Source of the DNA: an uncultured Thermoplasmatales archaeon
Lineage (GTDB): Archaea; Thermoplasmatota; SW-10-69-26
DNA length: 64,000 nucleotides
NCBI GenBank assembly: GCA_964396185.1
Contig: CAYNEI010000005.1
Location: 19,842 to 83,841, forward strand
Direction of reading: 5' to 3'
Both the position numbers and the translations under genes were made by a program. The notes under the pieces are model-generated. The model was not told where the DNA came from, made no database searches, and saw nothing but the letters and a program-made list of their open reading frames with translations. Of the stretch, positions 34,102 through 44,609 are shown piece after piece. Every line of letters begins with the position of its first letter. The first letter of the stretch is position 1.

Positions 34102-35672
34102 TCGTCGCCACCTCCGTAGCGGGAGACCTCGAGGGGTTTGACGCCGAGGTCGTAGAGGCTGTGGCGGACGTCCTCGTTCTCTGTGCCCTCGCTGATCTCG
34201 GTCGTGAGCGCCATGTTCTTCACCAGGCCACAGTTGGGCCCCTCGGGGGTCTCGTTCGGGCAGAGCCGTCCCCACTGGGTGGGGTGCAAGTCGCGCGCCT
34301 CGAAGTGCGGCTGGCTACGCGTGAGCGGGCTGATGATCCGGCGCAGGTGCGAGAGCGCTGAGAGGTTGGCGGTGCGGTCGAGCAACTGGCTCACACCAGC
34401 TCGCCCGCCGACCCAGTTGCCGGTGGCCAGGGCATGGAGCAGGCGCTGGCTGAGCACGTCGCTTCGCACAGCCGTGGAGACCTTGAGCTCGCGGTTGCGC
34501 GAGTGGGCGCGCTCGAGCTGGTACTTGATGTCCTTGGCCAGCTGCATGAAGCTCACCCGGAAGAGGTCCTCCATGAGGTTGCCGGCCAGCTTGATGCGCT
34601 TGTTCGCGTAGTGGTCCTTGTCGTCCTCTTCGCGGTGGCCGAGCGCGAGCTCGAGCACGGTCCGGGACATCCGGCCCAGGAAGACCGCCTTCTTGATGCG
34701 GTCCTCCGGCTCGCCGCCCAGGTGCGGGAGCAGGGTGCGGTCCATGAGGCTCTCGGCGCGCTTGCGCCGGTACTCGCGGGCTTGTCCACCGGCCAGCTTG
34801 CGGCCGAGGAACTCGATGGCCTCGTCGTGGTTGGAGACGCCATGCTCCTCGCGCGCGTCCTCGATGTTGGCCAGGACCATGGGCATCATGTCGGGGTGCG
34901 TGACGACGTTGGTCACGAGCTCCTCGTCGGTCTCGAGACCAAGCGCACGCATGAACACGATGAGCGGGATCTGGTTGCTTGCCGTGGGCACGTCCACCAT
35001 GAGCGAGCCGTCGCGCTTCTTCTCGACGCTGATCAGCGCCCGGAAGCCGTCGCGCTGGCTGAAGACCTTGGCGACCTCGACGGCGCGGCCGTAGCGCTTG
35101 TTGAACTCGACCATGACCCGGTTCGGGGCCAGGTCCTCGAGGCTGATGAGCACGCGCTCGGAGCCGTTGATGATGAAGTAGCCACCGGGGTCGATGGGGT
35201 CCTCCTGGAGGCGCATGAGCTCGTGCTGGTACTCCTCGTCGGTGTAGGAGGCGTTCTGGAGCTCCTCGAGGTTGTCCTTGACGATGTTGCATCGGCAGGA
35301 CTTGACCATGATCGGGATGTTGCCGACGTTGACCTCCTCGGGCTCGTGCTCGATGCCCTCGAGCACCGGGATGAACTCCATGAAGATCGGCGCGTCGTAG
35401 GTCATGTTGCGAAGGCGGGCCTCCATGGGGGTCAGGTAGTCCGTGGACCCGTCGGCCTCCTTGCGCTGGGGCCGCCCGACGCGGCACTTGCCCAGCTTGA
35501 TCTTGTACCCTTCGACATCGGTCTGGATGATGCCTGGGGGGGTGTCCTCGTCGCCGATGTGGATGTTGGCGATGACCTTCTGGAGCCAGTGGTTGATGAA
35601 GTCGTCGAAGCTCGCGAGGTGGTGGTTGGCGACGCTTCGCTCCTGGTAGAACGCATCGACGAGTTCTCGCAT
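34098..35672 (-). CDS. rpoB2: DNA-directed RNA polymerase subunit B'' (N-terminal half of split RpoB)
   Basis: 524 aa. Conserved RpoB N-terminal protrusion and lobe sequence. Split rpoB is typical of euryarchaea. Confidence 0.9.
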   Translation of the reverse strand: MRELVDAFYQERSVANHHLASFDDFINHWLQKVIANIHIGDEDTPPGIIQTDVEGYKIKLGKCRVGRPQRKEADGSTDYLTPMEARLRNMTYDAPIFMEFIPVLEGIEHEPEEVNVGNIPIMVKSCRCNIVKDNLEELQNASYTDEEYQHELMRLQEDPIDPGGYFIINGSERVLISLEDLAPNRVMVEFNKRYGRAVEVAKVFSQRDGFRALISVEKKRDGSLMVDVPTASNQIPLIVFMRALGLETDEELVTNVVTHPDMMPMVLANIEDAREEHGVSNHDEAIEFLGRKLAGGQAREYRRKRAESLMDRTLLPHLGGEPEDRIKKAVFLGRMSRTVLELALGHREEDDKDHYANKRIKLAGNLMEDLFRVSFMQLAKDIKYQLERAHSRNRELKVSTAVRSDVLSQRLLHALATGNWVGGRAGVSQLLDRTANLSALSHLRRIISPLTRSQPHFEARDLHPTQWGRLCPNETPEGPNCGLVKNMALTTEISEGTENEDVRHSLYDLGVKPLEVSRYGGGDE

Positions 35673-35675
35673 GCT

Positions 35676-35924
35676 TCAGGCCTCCACGCAGAGCCGGTAG
35701 GCGACGGCTTCTCCAGCCGTCAGGCTCCGCCGGGTGATCTTGACGACGTTGCCCGGGCGGGCGCGCACGGAGAGCGCGCCTGGATCCGTGTTCAGGATCC
35801 GGGGCAGTTGTTCCCTGGTGATCTCGTAGCGCTCGAGCACCTCCTCGATCTCCTCATCTGTGAGGACCTCGTGGCGGGGCACGAACTCGTGGGCGAGCAC
35901 GTCGAACCGGAACGGTTTCGGCAT
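35676..35924 (-). CDS. rpoH: DNA-directed RNA polymerase subunit H (Rpb5-like)
   Basis: MPKPFRFDVLAHEFVPRHEVLTDEEIEEVLERYEI... is the RpoH pattern. Start at the internal ATG 35924. Confidence 0.85.
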   Translation of the reverse strand: MPKPFRFDVLAHEFVPRHEVLTDEEIEEVLERYEITREQLPRILNTDPGALSVRARPGNVVKITRRSLTAGEAVAYRLCVEA

Positions 35925-36035
35925 CGGAGGGGCACCTCGGGGCGTCTTCCCAGGGACGAAGGGCGGATCGGGCCAACCACGCGAGCGGGCACCGAAGGCC
36001 TCGGGCCTCCGCACCCGCCAAGGCGGCCACCGCGA

Positions 36036-36109
36036 GCGGGCTCGGAGGGATTCGAACCCTCGGCCGTCCGGTTAAAAGCCGGACGCTCTACCTAGCTGAG
36101 CTACGAGCC
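36036..36109 (-). tRNA. tRNA-Lys (anticodon UUU)
   Basis: The reverse complement folds as GGGCTCG-TA-GCTC-AGCTAGGTA-GAGC-G-TCCGG-CTTTTAA-CCGGA-CGGCC-GAGGG-TTCGAAT-CCCTC-CGAGCCC-G. Lies directly upstream of rpoH on the same strand. Confidence 0.8.
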
Positions 36110-36392
36110 CGGGTTGGGTCGAGCATTTCGTAGGCCGAGCTGGAGGCGAAGGGCTGGTACGTCCGACACGCGTCCCACGTCAACACGACCCCGACCCGGT
36201 TAGATTGCTCACGTTGTGGTTAACTACGACTCGCCCTGGCGAACCTGGAAAGGCTGGACGGCTGGATAATAGCTCATGTATTAAAGCCTTCCGCCGGCCG
36301 GGCTCCCACGGGTGTCGCACGAGCTCTGTTCCTCCCAGCTACGAAACGGCCCAAGCAACGCCTTTTAGCCGTGGTCCTCCTGACGCGTACGT

Positions 36393-37550
36393 ATGCAACC
36401 GGTTGCCATCGCAGAGGCCGCGTGCACGAAGTACGGGAAGCGCGAGGAGACCGCGCGGGAGCTCGCCGTGGAGGCGTCCATGGACGTGCTCGACACCGCA
36501 GGCATCGCGGGCGATGACCTGGACGCGCTGTTCGTGGCCAACGCCTTCGGCATGGCCGACAAGCAGGGCCACGTGGGCCCCCTGGTCGCCACGGCCATCG
36601 GCGCTCCACACATCCCCTCAAGCACGACCGAGGCAGCCTGTGCTTCGGCCAGCGTGGCCTTCCGCCACGCCCTTGCCTACGTCCGAAGCGGCATGGCCGA
36701 TGTCGCCCTGGCTGTCGGCACGGAGAAGGTGAGCCATATCGACACGCTTACCGCCACCTCTTACTTCTGCTACGGATCCGACTACTTCCTAGAAGGGGGT
36801 GTGGGAGCCACGTTCCCTGGGCTGTATGCCACCATGGCGCGATCGCATATGGCCGAGCACGGGACCACCGAGGAGGATCTGGCCCAGGTGGCCATCAAGA
36901 ACCACGAGAACGCCATGCACAACCCGACCGCGCACTTCCACAAGGAGATCACCGTGGAGGACGTTCTCAACTCCTACACCGTGGCAGCCCCCCTCAAGCT
37001 CTACGACGCCTGTCCGTTCAGCGACGGAGCGGCAGCCGCCATCATCGCGACACCGGAGAAGGCTCGCGAGCTTACAGACACGCCCATCGTCGTGGAGGGC
37101 TCCAGCCACCACGGGACCATCGCGGCCCTCTCGGAGAGACCGAGCCTCACGAGCATCGAAGCCACGCAGATCGCCGGGCGCGAGGCCATGACGCAAGCCG
37201 GTGTCAGCGCCGACCAGATCGGCCTCTTCGAGGTGCACGACTGCTTCACCATCGCTGAGCTCGTGGCCATGGAGGACCTCGGGCTGGCCAAGCCCGGCCA
37301 GGCCATCGATCTGGTGCGTGATGGCCAGACCAAGCCCGACGGGTCCACACCTGTCAACGCCTCCGGTGGGCTCAAGGCCAAAGGCCACCCAGTGGGCGCC
37401 ACGGGGTTGGGCCAGATCTACGAGGCGGTCCAGCAGCTCCGCGGCGAGGCCGGCGGCCGCCAGGTCGAGGACCTCGACCACGTGCTCACGCACAACGTGG
37501 GGGCAACCGGTGGCACCGTGACTGCCCACATCTTCGGGAGGGAGGGATGA
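36393..37550 (+). CDS. archaeal thiolase (acetyl-CoA C-acetyltransferase, SCP-x type)
   Basis: 385 aa thiolase fold. Translationally coupled (ATGA) to a DUF35 partner gene. Confidence 0.85.
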   Translation: MQPVAIAEAACTKYGKREETARELAVEASMDVLDTAGIAGDDLDALFVANAFGMADKQGHVGPLVATAIGAPHIPSSTTEAACASASVAFRHALAYVRSGMADVALAVGTEKVSHIDTLTATSYFCYGSDYFLEGGVGATFPGLYATMARSHMAEHGTTEEDLAQVAIKNHENAMHNPTAHFHKEITVEDVLNSYTVAAPLKLYDACPFSDGAAAAIIATPEKARELTDTPIVVEGSSHHGTIAALSERPSLTSIEATQIAGREAMTQAGVSADQIGLFEVHDCFTIAELVAMEDLGLAKPGQAIDLVRDGQTKPDGSTPVNASGGLKAKGHPVGATGLGQIYEAVQQLRGEAGGRQVEDLDHVLTHNVGATGGTVTAHIFGREG

Positions 37551-37921
37551 CGATGAGCGAGCTTGCCACCATGGCGCAGATCACCGAGCAACGCAAGGAC
37601 GGGACCCTGATCGGGTTCCGGTGCAGCAACGAGCACACGTTCGTCTCCCCGGTCAAGCGGTGCCCGAAGTGCGGATCCAAGGAGATCATCCAGGTCGAGC
37701 TTCCCCCGAAGGGCGAGGTCGTGACGTTCACGATCCAGAACGTGGCCGCCGAGGAGTTCATGAACGAGACCCCGTTCGCGTGGGCCATCGTGGAGCTCGA
37801 GGACGGGACCCGCGTGACCGGTTGGGTCCCCTACGTGGCCTCGGACAACGACCTGGCCATCGGCGACACGGTTGAGTTCACGCCGACGTACAAGCCTGGA
37901 GTCATGTTCGAGAAGGTGTGA
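37547..37921 (+). CDS. DUF35 family zinc-ribbon/OB-fold protein (thiolase/HMG-CoA synthase scaffold partner)
   Basis: Zinc ribbon FRCSNEH...CPKCGS followed by an OB fold with ...AIGDTVEF. 124 aa. Confidence 0.85.
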   Translation: MTMSELATMAQITEQRKDGTLIGFRCSNEHTFVSPVKRCPKCGSKEIIQVELPPKGEVVTFTIQNVAAEEFMNETPFAWAIVELEDGTRVTGWVPYVASDNDLAIGDTVEFTPTYKPGVMFEKV

Positions 37922-37925
37922 GTCC

Positions 37926-38564
37926 ATGCGATGGTCTGCGGTGCTCGGCCTCCTGATGATCGTTCCCGGTGGCTGCCTCTCCGGAGAGGAGAGGCTCGGC
38001 CAGATGGACGCGACGGATGGCGTCCTGCGGGCCGAGGCCCTCGTTTCAGACGTGGCAGGCCCGGTCGACCTCGTTGGTGTCGCCGGGATCGAGGCCTCGG
38101 ATCCGGATCTCCTGAACGAGGACGACGGTCCGTTCGGGCAGCTTGGCCTTGAGGCGGACCCGCGCATCGGCGATGGTCTGGCCCTGGCATGGTCCTACGT
38201 TTTCGAAGAGGCCGGTGCGGGGGAGCACGAGGGTGCGATGTGGCAGGTCGTCATCCGGGCCGACGGCTCCCACGTCCCCCCGGAGCAGACCAGCGGTGCC
38301 GCCGACGAGGTGCTCCTCCCGTATGCCAGGGGACCCCTGGATGGGTGGGAGATCAGTTCCGCCCGAGCCGCCGAGATCGCCGCCGGGAACCATGACGCCT
38401 GGAAGGACCCCCAGACCGGTTGGGACGGGATCTGGCTCCTGATGCCCAACGATGACCGCACTGGTCCAGTCTGGGTGGTTGGGTTCGAGCAAGCCGGCGG
38501 AGGGAGCGACATCGCGTGGGCCTCGGTGGATGCCTCAAGCGGCGAGTACCTCGACTTCGAGTGA
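37926..38564 (+). CDS. secreted lipoprotein, hypothetical
   Basis: MRWSAVLGLLMIVPGGC has a lipobox-like cysteine after the signal peptide. Acidic extracellular domain. Confidence 0.55.
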   Translation: MRWSAVLGLLMIVPGGCLSGEERLGQMDATDGVLRAEALVSDVAGPVDLVGVAGIEASDPDLLNEDDGPFGQLGLEADPRIGDGLALAWSYVFEEAGAGEHEGAMWQVVIRADGSHVPPEQTSGAADEVLLPYARGPLDGWEISSARAAEIAAGNHDAWKDPQTGWDGIWLLMPNDDRTGPVWVVGFEQAGGGSDIAWASVDASSGEYLDFE

Positions 38565-40181
38565 TCAGAGCACCGCCCCAAGCACCATGGCGATGCCATC
38601 CCCGAGCAGGATGGCGACCACGACCACGTGGACGCGCAGCAGGGCGTAGCCCATCTCGCCTCGCATCACGAAGCCCTGGCGGGCGCGCTCGAAGAGCCTG
38701 CTCTCCCACCAGGCGCGAGCCAGGCTGCCGGCCAGGACCATGAGCCCGGTGGCTGGACCGACCAGGAAGCCGAGCGCGGCAGGCGTGGCTCGGCCGGTAA
38801 GGTGCTGGATCAACAGCCCTGCGAGAAGCCCCCAGGCGAGCAGCGCGGTCCCCTCCCGGGTCACCAAGCCCTCCAGGGCCGCGGTGAGGCTGCGGGCATG
38901 GGGGGCGGCCAAGGGTGCGGCCTGGCCAGCCACGGAGGTGGCCAGGAGCCACGCGAGCGCAGAGGCCACGATGGTCGTCAAGACGAGCTGGATGAGGGTT
39001 CGCGGGGAGCGGACCGCCTCGAACGGGAGCGGGAGCGAGCGGGCTGCCTGGGTCACCGCTAATGCGCCCACCGCGGTCACGGTGGCCAGCGCACCCAGCG
39101 CCAGGGCGTCGGGGCGAGGTGCGAACCAGGCCAGAAGCCAGGCTGCAGCCGCGCCGAGGGCCACAGCGGCGCCGACAGGAGCCCTGCCGGTGTGAAGGGA
39201 GAGGAGAAGCGAGGCCAGCAGGATGCCAAGAGCGGTGCCAGCTGCCGGGAGCAAACCATGGGTCGTCCAAGCGATCAGCGCCCCGGCTGCCGCCCAAGCG
39301 GTGGTGGTCAGGATCGGGGTACGGCGCATGCGCCGGGCGAGGTAGAGCAACCCACCGCCCAGCAGCGCGCCGGCCCCGATGGGGGCCAGCGCGATGGGGA
39401 GCGAGAGGGCGGGTTCGGCGAGCTGGCCGATGGGGACGTGGACACCGTCGGGGGTTTCCACGGGCAGGTCGAACACGAAGGCCAGGGGGCTGAGCACCAG
39501 GAAGGCGAGACCGCCGAGGGCCAAGGGGCCCGCCTGGCGGGGTGGCACGAGGAAACCGATGGCCACCGGCGATAGAGTGAGCGGGATGGCCACGAGCCAG
39601 GCGGCCGATGGGCCGGGGAGCACGACCGAGCCGCTGTGCACAAGCTCTCCGAAGGCGGCCTCCACCACGGTGATCATGGCTCCCTCGTCCCCGAGCAGGA
39701 TCGGGGCTTCACGAAGGAGGCCAACGAGGATACCAGCCGGGAGCAGCACGATGAGAAGCCGGATGAGGCCAGTGGCTTGTTCGCGGTCCAGGGCAGCCAC
39801 GACCGTCCATCGCCGGGCCTCGTGCTCTTCCAACCGCCGAGGCGCGGGCGCGGCGGCAAGCCCGGCCATCGCACCCAAGCCCACCGCCAGAAGGAGCACG
39901 CCTGCCGTGGTGAGCGAGGCAGGGATGGGGGTGGCCCCATCGGCCAAGAGAAGCAGAACGGGGGCTAGGGCCAGCGGGATGCCCAGGCTTGCCGCAACCG
40001 TGGCGCGAGTGGCTCCTGCTCTGGCGTCCTCGACGTTGCGGGTGAGCGCCAGGGAGATGGCGTAGAGGGGGCCGAAGACCGCCAACGGCGCCAGGCCCGT
40101 GGACAGCATCCCGACGAGCACCACAAGGGCGGCCAAGGGTGCCATCAGGGCGAGCGTCGCTGTGAGCCATACCCGGTCCAC
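38565..40181 (-). CDS. hypothetical polytopic membrane protein (12 or more TM segments)
   Basis: 538 aa, very Ala/Leu-rich with regular hydrophobic segments. No recognisable motif. Confidence 0.5.
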   Translation of the reverse strand: MDRVWLTATLALMAPLAALVVLVGMLSTGLAPLAVFGPLYAISLALTRNVEDARAGATRATVAASLGIPLALAPVLLLLADGATPIPASLTTAGVLLLAVGLGAMAGLAAAPAPRRLEEHEARRWTVVAALDREQATGLIRLLIVLLPAGILVGLLREAPILLGDEGAMITVVEAAFGELVHSGSVVLPGPSAAWLVAIPLTLSPVAIGFLVPPRQAGPLALGGLAFLVLSPLAFVFDLPVETPDGVHVPIGQLAEPALSLPIALAPIGAGALLGGGLLYLARRMRRTPILTTTAWAAAGALIAWTTHGLLPAAGTALGILLASLLLSLHTGRAPVGAAVALGAAAAWLLAWFAPRPDALALGALATVTAVGALAVTQAARSLPLPFEAVRSPRTLIQLVLTTIVASALAWLLATSVAGQAAPLAAPHARSLTAALEGLVTREGTALLAWGLLAGLLIQHLTGRATPAALGFLVGPATGLMVLAGSLARAWWESRLFERARQGFVMRGEMGYALLRVHVVVVAILLGDGIAMVLGAVL

Positions 40182-40660
40182 GACGGCGCAGGCGTGGCAT
40201 GGGTCAAAACCGTGGTCGTTCGCACCAGCCAGCTCGCAGGGTGGATGGAGCAGTGGCTGGATGAGTTGATGCGGGGGCCGGGAACCGGCCCCCGATCCAT
40301 GGGGACACTGGGATCCTCACCACGCCGGGGTTGGCCCGACAGGGTTTTGAACCCAGATCGGCGGGTCTCTCCTAGGGTGGGTCAGTGCTCCAGTCAATCA
40401 GCATAGCGACCGACTCAGCAGACCCATACGGTCATCATTCCCACGATAACTGGAGCCCGCAATGATGCCTGGTTACACCATGTCCCCAAGTTCCCACGCG
40501 GGGCCTCGGTCCGGAGCGACCGGTCCTGGGTCCCGCGGGGCGGGCCGGAGAGAAGAGGGTTCGTATTTAACCGTTGAGGGTTGACCGAGCCGTGGCCAGG
40601 GCCAGGGCTGGGGTTCCCGGCCTATCGTTTAAGTAGGGCTGTGCGCTGGCTGGCGCCACC

Positions 40661-42424
40661 ATGGCTACCCGGCAACCGATCGTCTCCGTGCTCGGTCACG
40701 TCGACCACGGGAAGACCACCTTGCTCGACCGGATCCGGGGCTCGTCGGTGGCCACCCGGGAAGCCGGGCGCATCACGCAGCACATCGGTGCGACCGAAGT
40801 GCCCATGGATGCTATCGAGGCGGTCTGCGGCCCGCTCATGGAGAACCGGCGCTTCAGTCTCCCTGGCTTGCTCTTCATCGACACACCCGGCCACCGGGCG
40901 TTCTCCACCCTGCGCACCCGGGGCGGCGCGTTGGCCGACATCGGCGTGGTCGTGGTGGACGTCCAGGAAGGACTCATGCCCCAGACCCGGGAAGCCCTCT
41001 CCATCCTCAAGCAGAACAACACCCCGTTCGTCATCGCGGCCAACAAGGTCGATCGCATCCACGGCTGGGAGACACATGCCGATGAACCGTTCATCACGTC
41101 GTTCCCGGAGCAGAACGAGAGCGTGCAACAGGACCTCCAGACCGCGCTCTACGAGCTCATCGGTGGCCTGCACGAGGCCGGCTACCCAGCCGACCGCTAC
41201 GACAACATCTCGGATTTCACCAAGACCGTGGCCATCGTGCCCATCTCGGCTGAGAACGGGGAAGGCCTGGCCGATCTCCTGCTGGTCCTCAGTGGCCTGG
41301 CTCAGCGCTTCCTCGAGCAAAAAGGGGACCTAGAAGCCGATCTCGACGCCCCGGGCAAAGCCACGGTCCTGGAGGTCAAAGAGGAGAAGGGGTTCGGTGC
41401 CACCGTGGACGTCATCCTCTACGATGGCAAGCTCGAGCAGGGCCAGACCATCGTGGTGGGGACCAAGCACAAGCCGAGGACGACGACGATCCGCGCGCTT
41501 CTCAAACCCCGAGCGCTGGACGAGATCCGCGACCCAAGCGACCGGTTCGAGAGCGTCGACGAGGTTCGCGCCGCCATGGGCCTCAAGATCGCCGCGCCCG
41601 AGCTCGACGACGTGACCCCGGGCGCGCCGCTTTACGGAGCCACGCCCGAGACGGTGGACGAGCTCAAGCAGCGCATCCGGTCCGAGCTCAAGCCCGACAT
41701 CAAGCTCGATGACGACAAGGGGTTGCTCATCAAGGCGGATACGCTGGGATCGTTGGAGGCCTTGGCCTTCGAGCTCTCCGAAGCCGAGATCCCGGTGCGC
41801 ATGGCGCGCGTCGGGAACGTCTCAGCCCGCGATGTCATCGACGCCGCCACGTTCCCCGACATCGAGCACCGCTGCATCCTGGCCTTCAACGTCGACGCCC
41901 TCCCGGACGTGAAGGAAGCGCTCCGGGAGCACGAGGTCGAGCTGATCCAGGACGAGATCGTCTACCAGCTCATCGATGATTACGAGGCCTACCGGGATGA
42001 GCTCAAGGAGGACATCCAGGAATCCGCGCGCTCGGAGCTCACGTTCCCCGGCAAGTTCCTGTTCCTTGAGGACCACAGCTTCCGGGTGCGCAAGCCCGCC
42101 ATCATGGGCGTGCGCGTGCTCGGCGGACGCATCCGCATCGGCCAGCGCATCCTGCGCGAAGACGGCCGTACCGTCGGCTCGATCCAATCCATCCGCCTGG
42201 ACGACAACCCCGTGACCGAAGCCAAGCAGGGTGACGAGGTGGCCATCGCCGTGGACGACGTCCAGATCGGCCGCCAGATGGATGAGAACGAGGTCTACTA
42301 CATCGACATGCCTGGCTCGGACTTCCGAGAGCTCAGCGACCACGATCTCACCTACGACGAGCAGGAGATCATGCAGGAGGTCGCCGAGATCAAGCGCCAG
42401 GAAGAGAACTTCTGGGGCATGTGA
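40661..42424 (+). CDS. infB: translation initiation factor aIF5B (IF-2 homolog)
   Basis: VLGHVDHGKTTLLDRIRGS G1 motif, DTPGH, NKVD. 587 aa. No intein. Confidence 0.9.
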   Translation: MATRQPIVSVLGHVDHGKTTLLDRIRGSSVATREAGRITQHIGATEVPMDAIEAVCGPLMENRRFSLPGLLFIDTPGHRAFSTLRTRGGALADIGVVVVDVQEGLMPQTREALSILKQNNTPFVIAANKVDRIHGWETHADEPFITSFPEQNESVQQDLQTALYELIGGLHEAGYPADRYDNISDFTKTVAIVPISAENGEGLADLLLVLSGLAQRFLEQKGDLEADLDAPGKATVLEVKEEKGFGATVDVILYDGKLEQGQTIVVGTKHKPRTTTIRALLKPRALDEIRDPSDRFESVDEVRAAMGLKIAAPELDDVTPGAPLYGATPETVDELKQRIRSELKPDIKLDDDKGLLIKADTLGSLEALAFELSEAEIPVRMARVGNVSARDVIDAATFPDIEHRCILAFNVDALPDVKEALREHEVELIQDEIVYQLIDDYEAYRDELKEDIQESARSELTFPGKFLFLEDHSFRVRKPAIMGVRVLGGRIRIGQRILREDGRTVGSIQSIRLDDNPVTEAKQGDEVAIAVDDVQIGRQMDENEVYYIDMPGSDFRELSDHDLTYDEQEIMQEVAEIKRQEENFWGM

Positions 42425-42562
42425 GCCACGAACAGCGGCTCACATCCAAGAGACCGCCGCCTGGCGGCCGCGGTCGAACGGAGGTCGGCTGTCATCCAGC
42501 CAACCTCACGTTGAGCGCGCCGCAGGCACGCTCCGGTGAAGGCGCCGAAGCGCCCCCACCGT

Positions 42563-43279
42563 TCAGGCGTCGGCGCCCTTCTCGACGATGCCATCGTACA
42601 CGGCAGCGGCCAGGGCACCACCGAGCAGGGGTCCGACGAAGTAGACCGCCAGCCAGCCGGCAGGGCCCATGCCCAGGGGGGCTCCGACGGCCACGGGGCC
42701 AAGCGTGCGTGCTGGGTTCATCGAAGCCCCGGTGAGCGGACCTCCGACGAGGATGTCGAAGAAGAGCACGAGACCGATGGCGAAGCCGCCGACCTTGGGG
42801 GCGTGCTTGCTCATGCCGGTGCCGAAAACGGTGAAGACCAGGAAGAAGGTGAGGACAAGCTCGAGGCTCACGGCTGCCAGGGTGGTCATCACGCTGGTGT
42901 CGGTGAGGGTCGCGCCGATGCTAGCAGCGTCCACGGCGCCCATGGGGAGCAGGGCACGTACGAAGGCAGCACCTGCGATGCCACCGGCGAGCTGGGCGAC
43001 CACGTAGATGCCCGCCAGGGTGGCAGGGATCCGCTTGGTCAAGAACGCCCCGAAGGTCACCGCCGGGTTGACGTGACCCCCGCTGATGTTCATGGTGGCG
43101 CTCACGACGATGGCGAGCACGATGGCATGGGCGCCTGCGATGCCGATGAGCCCGTAGCCTTCCGCGCCAAGGAACGTGTTCATGACGATCGAGCCGGCGC
43201 CGAAGAACACCAGCCCGAAGGTCGCAACGAACTCTGCTGTGGCCTTCCCGATCCACCCCTCGTTCATGTCGTGAGCCAT
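42563..43279 (-). CDS. aqpM: aquaporin/MIP-family channel
   Basis: Two NPA motifs (SGGHVNPAVT and GASMNPAR). 238 aa with six TM helices. Confidence 0.9.
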   Translation of the reverse strand: MAHDMNEGWIGKATAEFVATFGLVFFGAGSIVMNTFLGAEGYGLIGIAGAHAIVLAIVVSATMNISGGHVNPAVTFGAFLTKRIPATLAGIYVVAQLAGGIAGAAFVRALLPMGAVDAASIGATLTDTSVMTTLAAVSLELVLTFFLVFTVFGTGMSKHAPKVGGFAIGLVLFFDILVGGPLTGASMNPARTLGPVAVGAPLGMGPAGWLAVYFVGPLLGGALAAAVYDGIVEKGADA

Positions 43280-43348
43280 AGCGGTCGGGGTTATGGCTCT
43301 TACGATGCGCGCGGAGCCGGCCGATGGGGCTCCGCGGTCGCCCTGGCA

Positions 43349-44512
43349 TCAGTAGTCGACGTGGACGAAGGCCGTGTACGCGACCGAGGCTCCTCGGGCG
43401 TTGTAGACCCAGAGCGTGTACTCTCCAGGCTCGAGGGGGTGGCGGAGCTCGATGTGCTCGGTGGGATGCTCTGAGACGGCCTCCGCGATGAGCTCGCCAT
43501 CGGCGTCTGCGAGGTAGAGGTCCAGGTCGGCTGCGAAGCTGTCGTCGCCTCGTGGACCGACCTCGACGGTGGTCCAGAGGTTGCTTTCCCCGATCTCGAA
43601 GGGGTGGGCCCGGGCGTTGATCCCATCAAGCAGCTTGCGGGCTTCCAGGGTCCCGACGGGGGCGACGTCCTCGAAGCGTTGATCGAGGTCGGCGCGTGGG
43701 CGCAGGACGTGGCTGTGGTCGCCGATGGTGACCCGGAGCACGTGGCGTCCGGGTTCGGCGTCGATCTCGACCGAGTCCTCGGTGCTGATGGTCTCCCCGT
43801 CGTAGGTCCACTCGACGGGTCCATCTGCGTCCGTGATCTCGAAGCTGACGCCCTGGGAGGAGGTGAGCAGCGGGTAGGCCTCCGGGACGTGGATCGTGTA
43901 CGGGAAGGTCCCGATGGGGTCGCGGTAGCCATCCGGCCACACCATCCAGCCGTACATGGGTTCGGCGTTGGCATCGACGCTGCGGGCGGTCTCAGGACCG
44001 ACCACCTGGCTGGCGCGCAGCTCACCGGGTTCCTCCATGGTGAGATAGATGCTCTGGGTGACGTCTGCTTCCCCATTCCAGGCACCGATGCCCACGGAGA
44101 GCAGCGCCTCGCCGATGCCATCGGTCAAGCGGAGGGTGACGCGCATCTCGCTGACAGCGAGACCATCGGGCACGGTCAACCGGGCCATGGGGACCCGCTC
44201 ACCAGGTGCCAGAGAGGTGGTCTCCGTGACGAAGCTGGTCTCCCCGCCAGGAAGCGGAGAGACGAAGAGGTCGCGCACATCGATGCGCTCGGGGCTCTCG
44301 GGTGTCAGCTCGAGCACGATGGTCAGCGTGTTCTCGGCTCGCTCGCGCGGTTCCTGTGGGGTCCTCTCTGAGATCTCGTGGGCCTGGCTGGCTGGCTCGC
44401 CGGACGCTGGTCCGGTTTCTTGGGTCTGCCCCGGCAGGGTGCCGATGCACCCGGCCAGCAGCATGAGAAGCGCGAGTCCGATAGCCGCACCGGATCGCCT
44501 CCTTGGAAGCAT
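43349..44512 (-). CDS. secreted lipoprotein, hypothetical (beta-rich extracellular domain)
   Basis: Start is taken at MLPRRRSGAAIGLALLMLLAGC, a signal peptide with a lipobox. The track ORF continues about 150 codons further upstream in Pro-rich sequence, so the start is approximate (within 1 nt). Confidence 0.55.
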   Translation of the reverse strand: MLPRRRSGAAIGLALLMLLAGCIGTLPGQTQETGPASGEPASQAHEISERTPQEPRERAENTLTIVLELTPESPERIDVRDLFVSPLPGGETSFVTETTSLAPGERVPMARLTVPDGLAVSEMRVTLRLTDGIGEALLSVGIGAWNGEADVTQSIYLTMEEPGELRASQVVGPETARSVDANAEPMYGWMVWPDGYRDPIGTFPYTIHVPEAYPLLTSSQGVSFEITDADGPVEWTYDGETISTEDSVEIDAEPGRHVLRVTIGDHSHVLRPRADLDQRFEDVAPVGTLEARKLLDGINARAHPFEIGESNLWTTVEVGPRGDDSFAADLDLYLADADGELIAEAVSEHPTEHIELRHPLEPGEYTLWVYNARGASVAYTAFVHVDY

Positions 44513-44609
44513 CGCTCCATGGGTTCCCGTAGCATGGTTTGAAGCATCGTGTGTCCCGTCCGTGACAAGCCCCTGGTGGTCGTCATCTTGACGACTCGGG
44601 TTCGGTGTC

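Noticed and set aside
40400-40480. tRNA-like T-arm (gggttttgaaccc) upstream of aIF5B
   Set aside because: No acceptor, D or anticodon arms could be paired. The T-loop sequence deviates from TTCGAAT.
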